Positions 49,744 through 62,145 of a stretch of DNA of 64,000 nucleotides are shown piece by piece. Position 1 is the stretch's first letter. Every line of letters begins with the position of its first letter. Below the pieces are notes generated by a model that was given only the letters and a program-made list of their open reading frames with translations, was not told where the DNA came from and ran no database searches. The translations under genes and the position numbers were made by a program. The stretch is from Mobula hypostoma (taxonomy: Eukaryota). The stretch lies in NCBI RefSeq assembly GCF_963921235.1, contig NC_086108.1, forward strand, positions 69,876,001-69,940,000, in the 5' to 3' direction.

Positions 49744-51162
49744 CAGTATTGTGTAAAAGTCTTGGGCACCCAAGAACTTTTGCATAAATTTTATTTTAGA
49801 TGTTTATTTTTTGTTTTCTGGATTAATGTGTCAGTAGAAAAGAGGAAACAATAGTTTTCCAAAATAAAATTAAATGCCACAGAGAATTTCTGGTACTGCA
49901 TTAAAGAAAGTAGCATATTAAATAAGACCACTTTTCAAATAAAAACTCAATTACTTTGTAGGCATTAGCCCTGTGCATGAATAAACAAAGGTAACAAACA
50001 GGATGCTTATGATCAGTGACAATGAACTGACTGAAATAAACTGATTAACTGAAACAGAAACCGGGTGCAGAAGGAAACAAACTGGGCAAAGGACAACCAT
50101 GGGTGTGGCAGATGTGACATCTTAACCTTCAAATCATCAACTCTTACACCATGGCAAGAGCATAGCAACAAGACACAAGGTGATCATCCTGCATTAGCAA
50201 GGTCTCTCCCAAACATCTTGTGGCACACAAGAATTTTAAGATGTGCTGTCAAAGCTCTTCTAAATAATCACAAAGATATGGGCAAAGTTGAGGACCAGAA
50301 ACACAGTTATTGGCCATAGATACTGAGTGCTGCAGACAAGAAATACATCAAGCTGATGTCCCTCCTATATTGGAAGTCGTCTAACACTGCTATCAGCTCT
50401 GAATTCACAGAAACCACTGGAAACCAAGGACAGAGAAGTCTTGTCAGAAATGGTCTTCATAGAAGAGTTGTTGCCAAAAAGCCATTCATCTGAAGTGGAA
50501 ACTAAGCTACGAGACTTGCCTCTACACAAAAACACAAAGTCTAGGGTGCTGAACAATGGCAGCAAGTGTACTCAGCTGATGAATCAAAATATCAAATTTT
50601 TGGCTCAAACAGGAGACAGTTTGTCCATAGAAGAACTGGAGAGTGCTGGATGAATGAGTGACTGCAGAGAACATGCAATACCATCAGGGAGGCATTTGAC
50701 TGTGTGGTTTCAACTTCATTTTGCAGGGCAATGACCTCAAACACAGGGCCAAGGTCATAAAGAACTATCTTCAGCAAAAAGAACAAGGAGTTCTGCAACA
50801 GATGGTATGGCCTCCACAGAGCCCTAATCTCAACATTCAGGCTGTCCTGGAGAGTCCAGAAGCAAGCAAGACAGCCAGAGTCTGCAGAAGAACTGTAGCA
50901 AGTATTCCAAGATGCTTGGACAACCCACCAGACAATTTTCTTATAAAACTGCACAATAGTGTACCTAGGAGAATTGATGCACTTTTAAAGGCATAGTGTG
51001 GTCACATCAAATATTGATTTGATTTAGGTTTTATTTTTAAACTATTTACTGTTTTTTTTTTAAATCATAACTTTGATATTTAGGAACTTGTTATTTTTGA
51101 AAGCATCTTCTCTTTACTTACTTTTTTTTTAAACATGTGCCCAAGACTTTTACACAATGCTG
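49744..51162 (+). mobile_element. Degenerate Tc1 transposon, same family as 40495-42038
   Basis: TIRs CAGTATTGTGTAAAAGTCTTGGGCAC / GTGCCCAAGACTTTTACACAATGCTG+TA; QGNDLKHRAK..WPPQSPNLNIQAV fragment. Confidence 0.88.
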
Positions 51163-51339
51163 TATATAGGCATATTGATGGCGAGGGGAAAGGTAGAGAA
51201 GTAGGCTGGTAAGTGCTCAGTGGGATTAAGATCAGATAAAGAAGAGATGATAGGCAAACAGAGCCAAGTTGAGAACGATGATGCTCGGTGATGAGGTAGA
51301 AGGAAACAAAGACATCCTACTGGAACACAAAGGGAGTGA

Positions 51340-51590
51340 GCTATCCAAAATTAGAAAACTCATTGTTCATACTATTGGGCTGTAGTCTATCCAAATGTAA
51401 TACAAGGTGCTGTTCTTCCAGTTTGGCCTCACTATGACAGTGAAGGTGGCTGATGTCAGTGTGGGATTGGAAAAAGGACTTGAGAAGACATGCAACCACC
51501 CTTTGAAGGTAGAGTGCAGATGTCCTGCAATGCAGAGGAGGCCATAAGCTATAAACTTTCCCACCATCACAGAACTGTGGCTGCAACTCT
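51340..51590 (-). mobile_element. Penelope-like GIY-YIG C-terminal fragment
   Basis: ORF 51341-51586 ends KLEEQHLVLHLDRLQPNSMNNEFSNFG, homologous to the pieces at ~14620 and ~43600. Confidence 0.65.
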
Positions 51591-51632
51591 TACTTATGCA
51601 AATTAAGGCAAAATATCCACAAGGAAACTTAC

Positions 51633-51752
51633 CTTTAGGAATCTGAAACTTTGTATCTTTTTTGTACCATAAGCATCCACTCTTAACATCTAAGATTTTC
51701 ACTGGATACATGGTATCAGTACAATCAGAGCTCTTCAGTGTAAAGTCAGTTG
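51633..51752 (-). CDS. NRDC: NRDC exon (TDFTLKSSDCTDTMYPVKILDVKSGCLWYKKDTKFQIPK)
   Basis: AG acceptor and GTAAGT donor; LWYKKD.KF.IPK motif. Confidence 0.96.
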
Positions 51753-51890
51753 CTGGGTAAAAAGAAAGCATTATTTTAACGCTTGGCTCTGGGAAGGTTA
51801 ATGTTTACTATCTTAAATTATTGGTGAATATCTTATTTTGTAAATTTAGTTAGCTATATAACTAAAGAAAACTTCAAAAACTTGACTCAC

Positions 51891-51977
51891 CTATGTATTT
51901 GTTCTTTTCTGGCAGGTGAAGGGCAGGATTCAAAGGGAAATCACTTGCCCATGTTTCAGCCCAATATTTGTCAACTT
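51891..51977 (-). CDS. NRDC: NRDC exon (VDKYWAETWASDFPLNPALHLPEKNKYI)
   Basis: AG acceptor and GTGAGT donor; LHLP..NKYI motif. Confidence 0.94.
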
Positions 51978-52841
51978 CTATTAACACAGAATGAAGATAT
52001 CCTTTCAAGTGATCAACTACTTAAGGAAAACTACAATTCTTCTAGCAGCAACCTCCAGGCATCAATGACTCGCTCTGTTTTTTAAAAAAACTCTCAATTC
52101 CACTTTAAAACTCCTTCCTCTAACTGAAACCAATGTTTTCTTATTTCTGATACCCTTAATAAGGGGAAGATTCATACTATATACTGCGTCATTGATTTAT
52201 AATTTTATATACCTCTCAAGTCACCACTCAGCCCCCTTCACTTCAGGGAAAACAAACCCAATCTATACAATTCTTTCTATAGCTGAAATCATCCAATCCA
52301 GGCAACATACTGCTGAATCTCCTCTGCATTTTCTCTAGCACAACTACCTGCTGCTACAGTGCAGCAGCCACAACTGCACCCAATATTCCATTGCAGTTTA
52401 ACTAACATTTCATAAGTTTGCGATATAACATCCCAACTTTTATATTCTGTGCCCCAAACTATGAAGGCGAGCAAAGATATTGCCACTTTGAGGGAACTAT
52501 GAACTCAGAGCCAAGGTCCTCCTATTCACTGACATTCTTCCCATCCTTTATACAAAGTACATCCGACCCCAATATGACCTCGGGAAATGCATCACCTCAA
52601 ACTTACCTGGATTAAATTCCACTTTCCTTTAACCTGTAATATAAATGTATTTCTCTTTTCACTGCTGCCTAACCAGTTGAGCATTTCTACCATTAGATTT
52701 TATGAGATATTCTATTCTAGCATTTATATTTTATTAACATGTCCTAAGTACCCCATTTCATTTATTTCCTTAGAAATTTCTACCCTTCCAATGATACACT
52801 GACCATTTACTCAGTTACTCTCCTATTATTTGACATCATAC

Positions 52842-52965
52842 CTTCAACACTATATGCCGTCCCAAACCACCGCTCTGTGAGAGTACATTTTCCTTCATTG
52901 TTGGGAGAAAGGAGAATCAAATTTGCTTTCAGTGGGATCAGTTGGGAGATAGCAGCAGCAATAAC
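52842..52965 (-). CDS. NRDC: NRDC exon (VIAAAISQLIPLKANLILLSPNNEGKCTLTERWFGTAYSVE)
   Basis: ttttccag acceptor and GTATGA donor; E.WFGT.YS motif. Confidence 0.95.
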
Positions 52966-54199
52966 CTGGAAAAAAATATTGATGGCTCAGGCAGAATTCC
53001 TCTAGCACAAAAGAGACTTAATCTATATTAAAATAAAGAAAATGCAAACCTACATTACAAAAGATTTCAAATGAATTGAAACAGTGCAGTTCATCCTGAG
53101 AGAGACAAACGATGGTTTTGTTTTCAATTCTAATAATTTATTGAAAAATTGTTTGAAAAGAGTGGTCTTTCCAGATTTTTGGGTAATGCTTTCCAATTTA
53201 CAATAGAAACTCCACCTTATGTTGTATGCATGCATACACAAATAAACAATTTTCAAATAAAATGTACAGTGCATAAATTAATAAGTATTAGAGAGGTGCT
53301 GGCACAGCCGTCAAAGGCCTTGTACATCAATTGCTGATAACCCCAGTTGCATTCTTTATAACGTAAACAACATATCCAGGGAAAATCATCAAGTATTTCC
53401 AAAGAAGCAATAATAATAAAAGAAAACTGTCCCCTTCGCTAAATACACTCGACCTCAAGTTGCTGTGCATAATAAATGTCTCATGCTCTGTAAAAATGAC
53501 AATTTAGATCTATGAAGCAGTTCATAAAGGAAATAAAAACAAAAAAACATAGCACCCCTGTAAAGCAAAAGCTTTGCTCAAGTTGTTTTCCAACAAAGAT
53601 GAAATCGGAGGATTACTGTGTTTGAAACTACTCATCTCAGACTCTTCCCAGCTAAATAGTTCCATAAAATATTTTATATCTTCAGCCTCCTGAATAGCAA
53701 ATAGATTATAAACACCAATTGAAACAGTCCTTTTCAAAACATTTTCAGTTCTTTCAAGAGAAATAGAAATCATTTTATGGGCAATAGGTGTGAAGAAAAC
53801 ATAAGAATAATTAAGTAGAAATAAAAAGCATCTCTGTGACACTCAGTGTATAGATCACATACAAGAATGACTCATTTTTCTTCTATATATTATTCTGCAA
53901 TGTGCATCTTCTGTGTGTAAATGCAACATACATTTCAAAGAACCTGCCAAGTTAAAGAAACTGCACTTTAAAAGGAGGAAAGTCACTGCCTCGCCCCAAT
54001 GCCAATTTCAAGGAGTGCGCCTTTAGATTTGAAGAGCATCTCAAAATTCTCTTAAAAGAGTACCTCTTAAAATTTTAAGAGTAGCATTACAGTTAAGATC
54101 CTTTCACATTGAACAATTGTAAAAGGGCAATTTCTCCCAATAGTTAAATAAATTCTGTAGCATAATTACATAACAAATAATTAACAGATTAATATTTAC

Positions 54200-54304
54200 C
54201 TCAGGCTTGTACTCAAACAGTAATTGGTCTCCAGTGAGAAAATCTTCTTTTTTAAAAAGCTGCATATTTTCACAAACATTTTCTACGAAATCGATGGGAT
54301 CAGT
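54200..54304 (-). CDS. NRDC: NRDC exon (TDPIDFVENVCENMQLFKKEDFLTGDQLLFEYKPE)
   Basis: AG/GT boundaries, 35 codons. Confidence 0.96.
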
Positions 54305-54403
54305 CTAAGAAAAAATATCAAAAGGTGAAGATTGTATCTCTATGATTAATTAATTAGCAATAACTAAAGAGTGAGAGAAAGATGGAAATGGTACACTCCA
54401 TAC

Positions 54404-54458
54404 CTGCTCCTGGTAATGGAATTCATTATCTTCAATTTTTTGAATCTCTTTATAAATT
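54404..54458 (-). CDS. NRDC: NRDC exon (IYKEIQKIEDNEFHYQEQ)
   Basis: ctccccag acceptor and GTATGG donor; phases match. Confidence 0.95.
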
Positions 54459-55330
54459 CTGGGGAGAAAAGTAAGCATAATCAGGTAATTAACAAAAGTA
54501 TTTATTACCCCAAAGAACACATTAATTCCATACTAAATATTTAGTAGATAAAGACAACTTCTAATACGGTACAAAAATTTCTACACTCAATCCTTTGTCT
54601 TTACCAAGTTAAAACTGAACCTTGGAAGAAAGCTCCCATTGTAAACCTCTGATGAAAAGTGATACAATAGCAAATACAAATCTGGGTTGAGAAGAGATAG
54701 CCGAATTAAAGGTCTAAATTACAAGAAGCCTGGCTATACTACTTAGAGGCCTATAGCATACAGATTTCATAAGCATATTATAATGTAATATTCAGTGAAG
54801 ATAATTCAACAATTTTATTTCATATTAAAAAACTGACAAAAATCTCTTTTGTTTAAAGGATAATAAATGCCCCTAGCTTTTATGGCAGGCTGGTGAAATT
54901 ATTCGGTCAAACATCTGAAATGGGTGGAACACAGGCTTGTGATTGGGATGATAGATTTAACAATTTTCTGCTGGGTAAATGAAGTAGGATAGGGATCGGA
55001 ACTCTTCATTTGTAACAATCAACATTCCCTTCCCACGCATCCATGAAAGAGCATTGCATCAATGTTTGTCATAAAGACTGATGATATTAAGTCACATGAA
55101 AGAACAAAAGTGTTGCCAGTGATGGCAAATTGTACCTCAAGGCTAGTTTCAGGAAAAGCAGCCATATATTAATAGGAAGGAAAAAACACCACTTTTTGAT
55201 AATAAGGCAAAGTTAACCTTCATACAGTAGATTTTCTTCACATTTGGAAAAGCATAATGACATGCAGCATTTTCTGTGAATGTCTTATGAGCTGAAATAA
55301 AAATAAGCCATAATATGAAAGAAATATCAC

Positions 55331-55389
55331 CTCTCCTGAGGTCCAAGATTCTGTAACATTTTCATGTATTGAAACACAATATGTGCAAC
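55331..55389 (-). CDS. NRDC: NRDC exon (VAHIVFQYMKMLQNLGPQE)
   Basis: AG/GT boundaries; phases match. Confidence 0.94.
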
Positions 55390-56101
55390 CTATATTAAAA
55401 AGAAAGCAAACTAAATCAACTGCTATTTAAAAGATCCATAAATTTGTGATTGGAAGAATAATAAATCTCTCAAGACATATCATTACTGAGTACAATCAAT
55501 CTACAGTTGCACATAAACTGTTAAATGTAGAAAACCAAAACTCTATTAGCAGGCTTTTGTATAATCTGTTAATACAATCAATATAGAATTGCTAATATGA
55601 AGTGAACTTTCAGCTTTTTGAACACATCAATAATAAACAGTGTACACATTTTTTTGAATGAGGTATAGCTGAGCTTTTAAAACAGCAAACATTATTACTG
55701 CAAAACAAACTAAGCTCGGAAAACTAACTTTACACTTATAGTATGTAATTCATTCAGTATATATATGTCCCACTATTTGGTTTTCTATAGTGATTAAATA
55801 ATGAATAACAATCACAATGAATTATCAGTCTTGCCCCATTGTCTTCACTATTGTCAGATGCCACAGGTCCCCTGTAGATGGTGCCAAATTAGAAGCCAAT
55901 CTAGAGAAAATAATCGTTTAGTCACTGAACGCATCTGACTGGTTTTCTTCTCTGAGCACGATAACCCCCTAACCCCTGCACCCACTCTCAAGCCTGGCAG
56001 CAAACAACATTCCTTTTCAGCTGACCACAAAACATGGGCCAATTCTCAAAAATTGACAATGAGAATAATTTGCCTTCGATTCAATAAAATTAGGAGACTT
56101 G

Positions 56102-56750
56102 TGTGACGAGAATACACATAGATTAAGATGTTAGCTGTCCTGTGCTGGCACCAGTGGGATCAGCAGTTGGTCTGCCACCTGTCTTCAGGAGAGAGAGAGA
56201 GATAAGGAAAACAATGGAGCAGCATTGGAGATGTTAATGAAGGGATGGGAGAGAGTAACGGAAGGAGAGCTGTCAAGATCGGCTCCCCCCTTTGAACCCT
56301 GAACTGTTTGAAGTGATGGACAGGCGATACCCCAGCAGGGGGATAAAAAGGGACAGGTTCGCTAAGGCGACACACACGACACCCGAGGTAATGAGACCCT
56401 GGAAGCAGTGCGTCTCTCACAAGTCGGTGGAAAGTTTTGGAAGGCCGGTTGCGGGACCAGGCCATAGACGCACAGGGTGGAAAGGCACGATCGGCAGGAA
56501 CCTGGTGTGTGTCCACCCTTGCCTGGGTGCCGGGTTCACCACAGAGAAACGATCGTATCGGTAAACGGAGGGGTCACGGTCGGTGACCTCAGATGACATC
56601 ACAAAGGACTCGCCCGAAAGCTGACTGCGGTCTGTGTGGAAGCTGTTTTGAATATTCGTTCGTTTTGCTCTCTCTCTCCTTCCCCCCACAGACTCCAACT
56701 GAGTGATCCATTTCTGCTAGTTTAGCAACCCAGTTACGGGGTACGTAACA
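56102..56750 (+). repeat. 5' LTR (649 bp, internally deleted)
   Basis: Direct repeat of 59986-60869 lacking ~235 bp. Confidence 0.92.
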
Positions 56751-56754
56751 TAAG

Positions 56755-56773
56755 TGGGGTTCTCGTCCGCGAT
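56755..56773 (+). promoter_or_regulatory. Degenerate primer-binding site for tRNA-Pro
   Basis: TGGGGTTCTCGTCCGCGAT versus the canonical tRNA-Pro PBS TGGGGGCTCGTCCGGGAT, 4 nt after the LTR. Confidence 0.8.
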
Positions 56774-56849
56774 TTTGAACGCTAAATTTGGGACGGAGTA
56801 AATTGATTGGGTCAAAATTCCCAAAAGAAAGAAAAGACAAACAGCAGAA

Positions 56850-58974
56850 ATGGAGGCTGAGGAATTTATAAAGGCGCCGACCTTGGAGGCATTAGAGGAT
56901 GCCAGGAAATCGGAATTGGTAGCTGTGGCCAAACGGTTGAATCTTGCTAAGGGGAAGTCGACAATGAGGAGAGAGGAGATACACAGAGCTATCGTAGAGC
57001 ACTATGTATCTAAAGGTGTGTTTCCCCAAGGTGAGCTGGAGGTGGTGTCTATTGAAAAACCTGCTGGAAACGCGGTACAGGTGCAGCTTGAAAAACTGAG
57101 ACTCGAGCACGAGTTCCAGGTACGGCAGTTAGAACACGAAGAGAAGCAGTTAGAAAGGCGGGAGAGAGAGAGAGAGTTGGAAAGGCGGGAGAGAGAGAAA
57201 GAGTTAGAAAGGCGGGAGAGAGAGAGAGAGTTAGAAAGGCGGGAGACAGAGAGACAGAGAGACAGAGAGACAGACACACACACAGTTGGAGCGAGAGGAG
57301 AAACACAGGGAAAGGGAATTCGAGCTGGAGAAGTTAAGGATAAGGACAGAGCAGGGGCTCGTGCCGAACCAAGGTGGAGGGTTCCAGGTGACCCAGGTTA
57401 GGCTGGTTCCCCCATTTAGCGATACCGACGTGGATCGGTACTTTCTCCATTTCGAAAAAGTTGCTACAAGTCAGGACTGGCCGAGGGATAAGTGGGCTGT
57501 TTCGCTTCAGAGTGTACTGAAAGGGAAAGCCCAACAAGCTTACTCAGCTTTGTCCGTGGAAGATGCCCAGAGGTATGAGGTGGTGAAAGAGGCCATCCTC
57601 AGGATTTATGAGTTGGTCCCGGAGGCATACTGGCAGAGGTTCCGTAATGCGAGGAAGCAGTGGGACCGCACGTACTTAGAGTTTGCCCGTGAGATGCAGA
57701 CATATTGTGAGCGTTGGTGCGCCTCGAAGGGGGTAGAGGGGGATTATGACAGACTGCTACAGCTGATCCTGGTCGAGCAGTTTAAAGGTTGTGTCCCTGA
57801 GGGTATGAGACCTTACCTAGATGAGAAAGAGGCAGCCATGTTAGCCGCAACTGCTAAGTTAGCGGATGAGTATGCGTTGACGCATAAAATGAAGTTTGCC
57901 CCGAGTAAAGGCTACCAGAAGGGTAGTCAGGATGGCGGGGAGAGTCCGCCAGAAAAGTCAGAAAGTAAGCCGGGGACTAACAAGAAGGATAAGGTAGACC
58001 GGGAGCAGTCTGGTAGGAAGTCTCCTGGGGTCGTCTGTTATAATTGCGGGAAAGTCGGACACTTTGCGTCCAGGTGCTTTGCCCCAAAGAAGGAGATGGG
58101 AAAAGGAAAAACGGCGATTTTGACTGGCTGTATCGAGCTGATAAAAGAACCGCTAGGACAGGACAGGTCTGCCAAAGTTCAGGAAGGGCGCAAGAGGTTT
58201 ATCTCGGCCGGGTTGGTGTCGGTGAAGGAGGGGTTAAAACCAGTTCCAGTGCGGATCTGGAGAGACACGGGAGCGTGTCAGTCACTAATACTGAAGAGTG
58301 TATTAGAGTTTAGCTCAGAGACCCAGACTGGGGAGGTCAAGGTCAAAGGTATTGGGGAAGGGACAAAGGCCGTCCCTTTGCACCAGATACACTTACAAAG
58401 CAACCTGGCCTCTGGACTAGTCACGATCGGGGTGAGGCCCGAATTACCGATGAAAGGCGTGGAAGTCCTGCTCGGTAATGACCTCGCCGGGGGAATCGTG
58501 TTCCCAGCAGTGGGATTGACAGGTCAGCCTGCCAGCATTGAGGCCCCACTCATGGACTCACAGGTTCATCATGGGACTGCGGTAGTAAATTTAGCTGAGA
58601 CGTTTCTGCCAGCCTTGTACGAGAAGGGGGTAGAAAGTGAAAAGAAGGAGTGTAGTGAGACAAGAGGTAGTGAGGGAGCTGAGACAGACTTAGCATTAGC
58701 CAGGAAGGAATTTGTGCAGGTGCAGGAGCAAGACGAGGGGCTGATGGTTTTGGCAGAGACAGCTCTCTCTGACACAGAATTAACAAGGGAACCAGTAGGC
58801 TATTGTGTGGAGGAGGAAGTGCTAAGGAAGAAAGGGAAACCAAGTACCGTACCCGCAGATGAGGACTGGGGGGTGGTACAAAAGAGTTATGGGGATGAGA
58901 TTTTTAACCTGGCCCACAAGGTACCCCCGGTGGACACTTTGCGGTGCTGGAGGAAACAGTTGGTGGAATCATGA
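56850..58974 (+). pseudogene. Gag-protease polyprotein split into two frames (56850-57401 and 57286-58974)
   Basis: Capsid-like VPPF..DVDRYFLHFEKVA...W; zinc knuckle CYNCGKVGHFASRC; protease RDTGA and LLGND; frameshift within a GA/CA microsatellite. Confidence 0.85.
57148..57284 (+). repeat. Tandem 24-27 bp units plus GA/CA microsatellite encoding ELERRERER repeats
   Basis: AGTTAGAAAGGCGGGAGAGAGAGAG about 4 times, then (GAGACA)n(CA)n. Confidence 0.9.
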
Positions 58975-59985
58975 AAGAGGTTTACCGGCTGCACCGGAGG
59001 AAGGATGTTATTGATTATGGCCGACGCGAACTGAGACGGTCACAGGCTTTTGATATGCTAACAAACCTAGTCGGTGTTAGCGCGGAAATCAATGAAGCTA
59101 GGGTCCCCCGATAAGAGAAAAAAACCATTTTGAAAAGATGAGTATGGTATCGACCAGATGGGAGAAGGCTATTGTTTTGGCCAGCTCTACTGATAAGGTG
59201 TCTCCCTTAATCCCCGAACAAAGCGACTCTTTAGGAGAAGTAATTAAACGACTCGCACACGTGTGTTTGATTGTCCCAAGGCGATGCAAAGAACTGGGAC
59301 GTTGGGTGGTGTTTGTTACACTAGGCCAGCCTAGCCAACAACAGCCCTATAGAATGAGTAATTCGGTGACGAAAGGGCTGACGAACACAGAGGTGTGTAT
59401 TGGCAATGTAATACGGCTGTCCGAAGCCAGCTTGATAGTGAACCTTGAAAAAAATGAGTTCGGCCACACGAAGGCCACTTACCTGGGAATTGTGGTGACA
59501 CAGGGGCAGCTGGCAGCGATGCAAGCTAAAGTGCGGGCTATCTCTGACATCCCAACCCCGACAGACAAGAGGGCCCTCAGAAGGCTCTTGGAGATGGTGG
59601 GGTACTGTAGGAAGTTTTGCAATAACTCTGCGGTTACTACCCCTCCCCCTCCTACTAAGCCCTTGCGAGAGAAAACTAAGTCGGAATGGGACGACCCTTG
59701 TTATTGTGGTCTGGGACGAAACCCAATGAAAGGTTACATTGATCGCAATTCATCAGTGTTTTTGGCCACTATGAAGTTTGCTAAGTTGGAGCCTGGTCTA
59801 AGGGATTATTAATAACACATATAAAAAGAACAGAAAATCTGATGGCTGACTGTCTGTCAGGTGTTGACAACTTCAAATTCGCTGTATTAGCCAAATAGCT
59901 GATAAAGATGTGTATTTGTGTGCATCAAATAATGTATTCATGTTTGTAATTTTTACCCCGGTAAAAATCCTTACGGGGGGGGAAG

Positions 59986-60869
59986 TATGACGAGAATACA
60001 CATAGATTAAGATGTTAGCTGTCCTGTGCTGGCACCAGTGGGATCAGCAGTTGGTCTGCCGCCTGTCTTCAGGAGAGAGAGAGATAAGGAAAACAATGGA
60101 GCAGCATTTGGAGATGTTAATGAAGGGACGGGAGAGAGTAACGGAAGGAGAGCTGTTAAGATCGGCTCCCCCCTTTGAACCCTGAACTGTTTGAAGTGAT
60201 GGACAGGCGATACCCCAGCAGGGGGATAAAAAGGGACAGGTTCGCTAAGGCGACACACACGACACCCGAGGTAACGAGACCCTGGAAACAGTGCGGCTCT
60301 CACAAGTCGGTGGGAAGTTTTGGAAGGCCGGTTGCGGGACCAGGCCATTGACGCACAGGGTGGAAAGGCACGATTGGCGGGAACCTGGTGTGTGTCCACC
60401 CTTGCCTGGGTGCCGGGTTCACCGCAGAGAAACGATCGTATCTGGAAACGGAGGGGTCACGGTCGGTGACCTCAGATGACATCACAAAGGACTCGCCCGA
60501 AAGCTGACTGTGAAGGTCTGTGTGGAAGCCATTTTGAATATTCATTCGTTTTGCTCTCTCTCTCCTTCCCCCCACTGTCCATCGCCACAGCAGCGATTAC
60601 TGCGAACTGAACTGAACTAAATTGAACTGAACTTTGCGTCACTTTGAAACTGGTCATTTATCCCTAGACAACGATAGAGCTTGATTGATCCTGTTATCTT
60701 AATTCTGTGTACATGTATGTTTATCATTGCTGAACTGTTGCATTCATTATCCTTTTGATTACTGTGTTGCTTGTTTCTTTAATAAAACTTTCTTAGTTCT
60801 AGTAATCCAGACTCCAACTGAGTGATCCATTTCTGCTGGTTTGGCAACCCAGTTACGGAGTACGTAACA
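59986..60869 (+). repeat. 3' LTR (884 bp)
   Basis: Follows the polypurine tract; begins TA (TG mutated) and ends TAACA; AATAAA at 60781-60786. Confidence 0.92.
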
Positions 60870-60928
60870 CTTGAAATAATTCCCACTGGACAGGAACAAA
60901 GGAGAGAAAACACTGCATACAAAGTTAC

Positions 60929-61049
60929 CTCATAGAACTGCTGATAGCCTTCATCAGTTAACGTAATTGAGATGTTGAACACAGAATATGTTGAATTTTG
61001 TTCAAATCCAGTTTCACCATTTCCACCAAATAAGGCAAGAGCCAAGCAC
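60929..61049 (-). CDS. NRDC: NRDC exon (CLALALFGGNGETGFEQNSTYSVFNISITLTDEGYQQFYE), the most 5' NRDC exon found in the window
   Basis: ttcttttctag acceptor and GTAACT donor; near-identical to nardilysin. Upstream exons, including the catalytic HXXEH region, appear to lie outside the window. Confidence 0.96.
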
Positions 61050-62145
61050 CTAGAAAAGAACTCCTACTTCAGTTGAGCTTCGAGACTAAAGATGTAACAA
61101 AACAACTTCAATAAGGAAGCTTAATACACAGATTAAGATCTTTGTCAAGATAAAGCTATGCTTGTTTAATTCACAGAAGCATAACCAGAGAAAGACCTGT
61201 ATTCTCAGATTTTTACGGCTTCCACTGGACCTGGATAAAGGAACAGAGCAGCAGCTTTAAGACATGACATCATAATGCTTCCAAAATCAGTCTTCAGCTT
61301 TCAAACCAGTAGAGCAAGGAAGATATAGTTAGGTGTCAATTTAATTCCCTTATTTGTTTTAAAATTTTTTTTTTAAAGGTAGCTAGAACTTTAACACAAG
61401 TTTATGCAATACAAATGTCATTAATTTCAATGGCTCTAAAGGTTAAGAATACAATCCTTCATATTGCATCTTGAACCAAAGCAACCAAGCCATCTGGATT
61501 ACAGATCTACACTGAGAATGAATCATTCAAGGTAGATTTGGGCTATTAGGATGAGAAAAACAATGGAAATACTAACTGGTTAATTCACAAGAACCAAAGA
61601 TCATGTTACCACAATTGAAAGAGTCTTCAAAAATTTAAATTTTGCTTTCCAGAATCAATACTAAGCAGATAATGAGTGATGTGACATTGATTAATTGTTC
61701 AGCAAAGTTGCAAGAAGACATGAAAATGAGAAAGGTGAAGTCAGAAAGTTATTTCAGTGATCAGTGGTTCCCAAAATGGATGATATCACTCCCCTGGGCG
61801 ATGGGAGTTTCTAACTGGATGATAAAGATAAAGGAGACAGTGGGAGGGGACTTGGTAGCAGGGAGGTCAGCTGAGGAATTACATGCTTAATTTCAGAAAT
61901 AAATTACTTTTCGCATTTTATTCTCATAATGGATTACAATGACCATTCAATCACCTCATCTCTTGCTAACCCACCATTCTCTTAGACATTGTTCAAAGCA
62001 CATTATAGTTCCTGAATCAATGTGACACTTTTGTATTTGACACATTATAAGAAACATGGACTGAAGAAATGGTATTATTCCGGGCCTGGTACGCACTTCA
62101 TTGCCATTCACTACTGTAGTTCCCATACCCTAATTATTTTTGCTT

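Larger units (their letters stand above)
56102..60869 (+). mobile_element. Gypsy (Gmr1-like) LTR retrotransposon, internally deleted and non-autonomous
   Basis: 4-bp TSD CTTG (56098-56101 / 60870-60873); 5' LTR 56102-56750 (TG..CA); 3' LTR 59986-60869; PBS, PPT (59975-59985), gag, protease, then integrase, RT and RNase H remnants in that order. Confidence 0.93.

Noticed and set aside
56160..56698. ORFs duplicated at 60007-60657
   Set aside because: They lie within the two LTRs; the duplication is explained by LTR structure.
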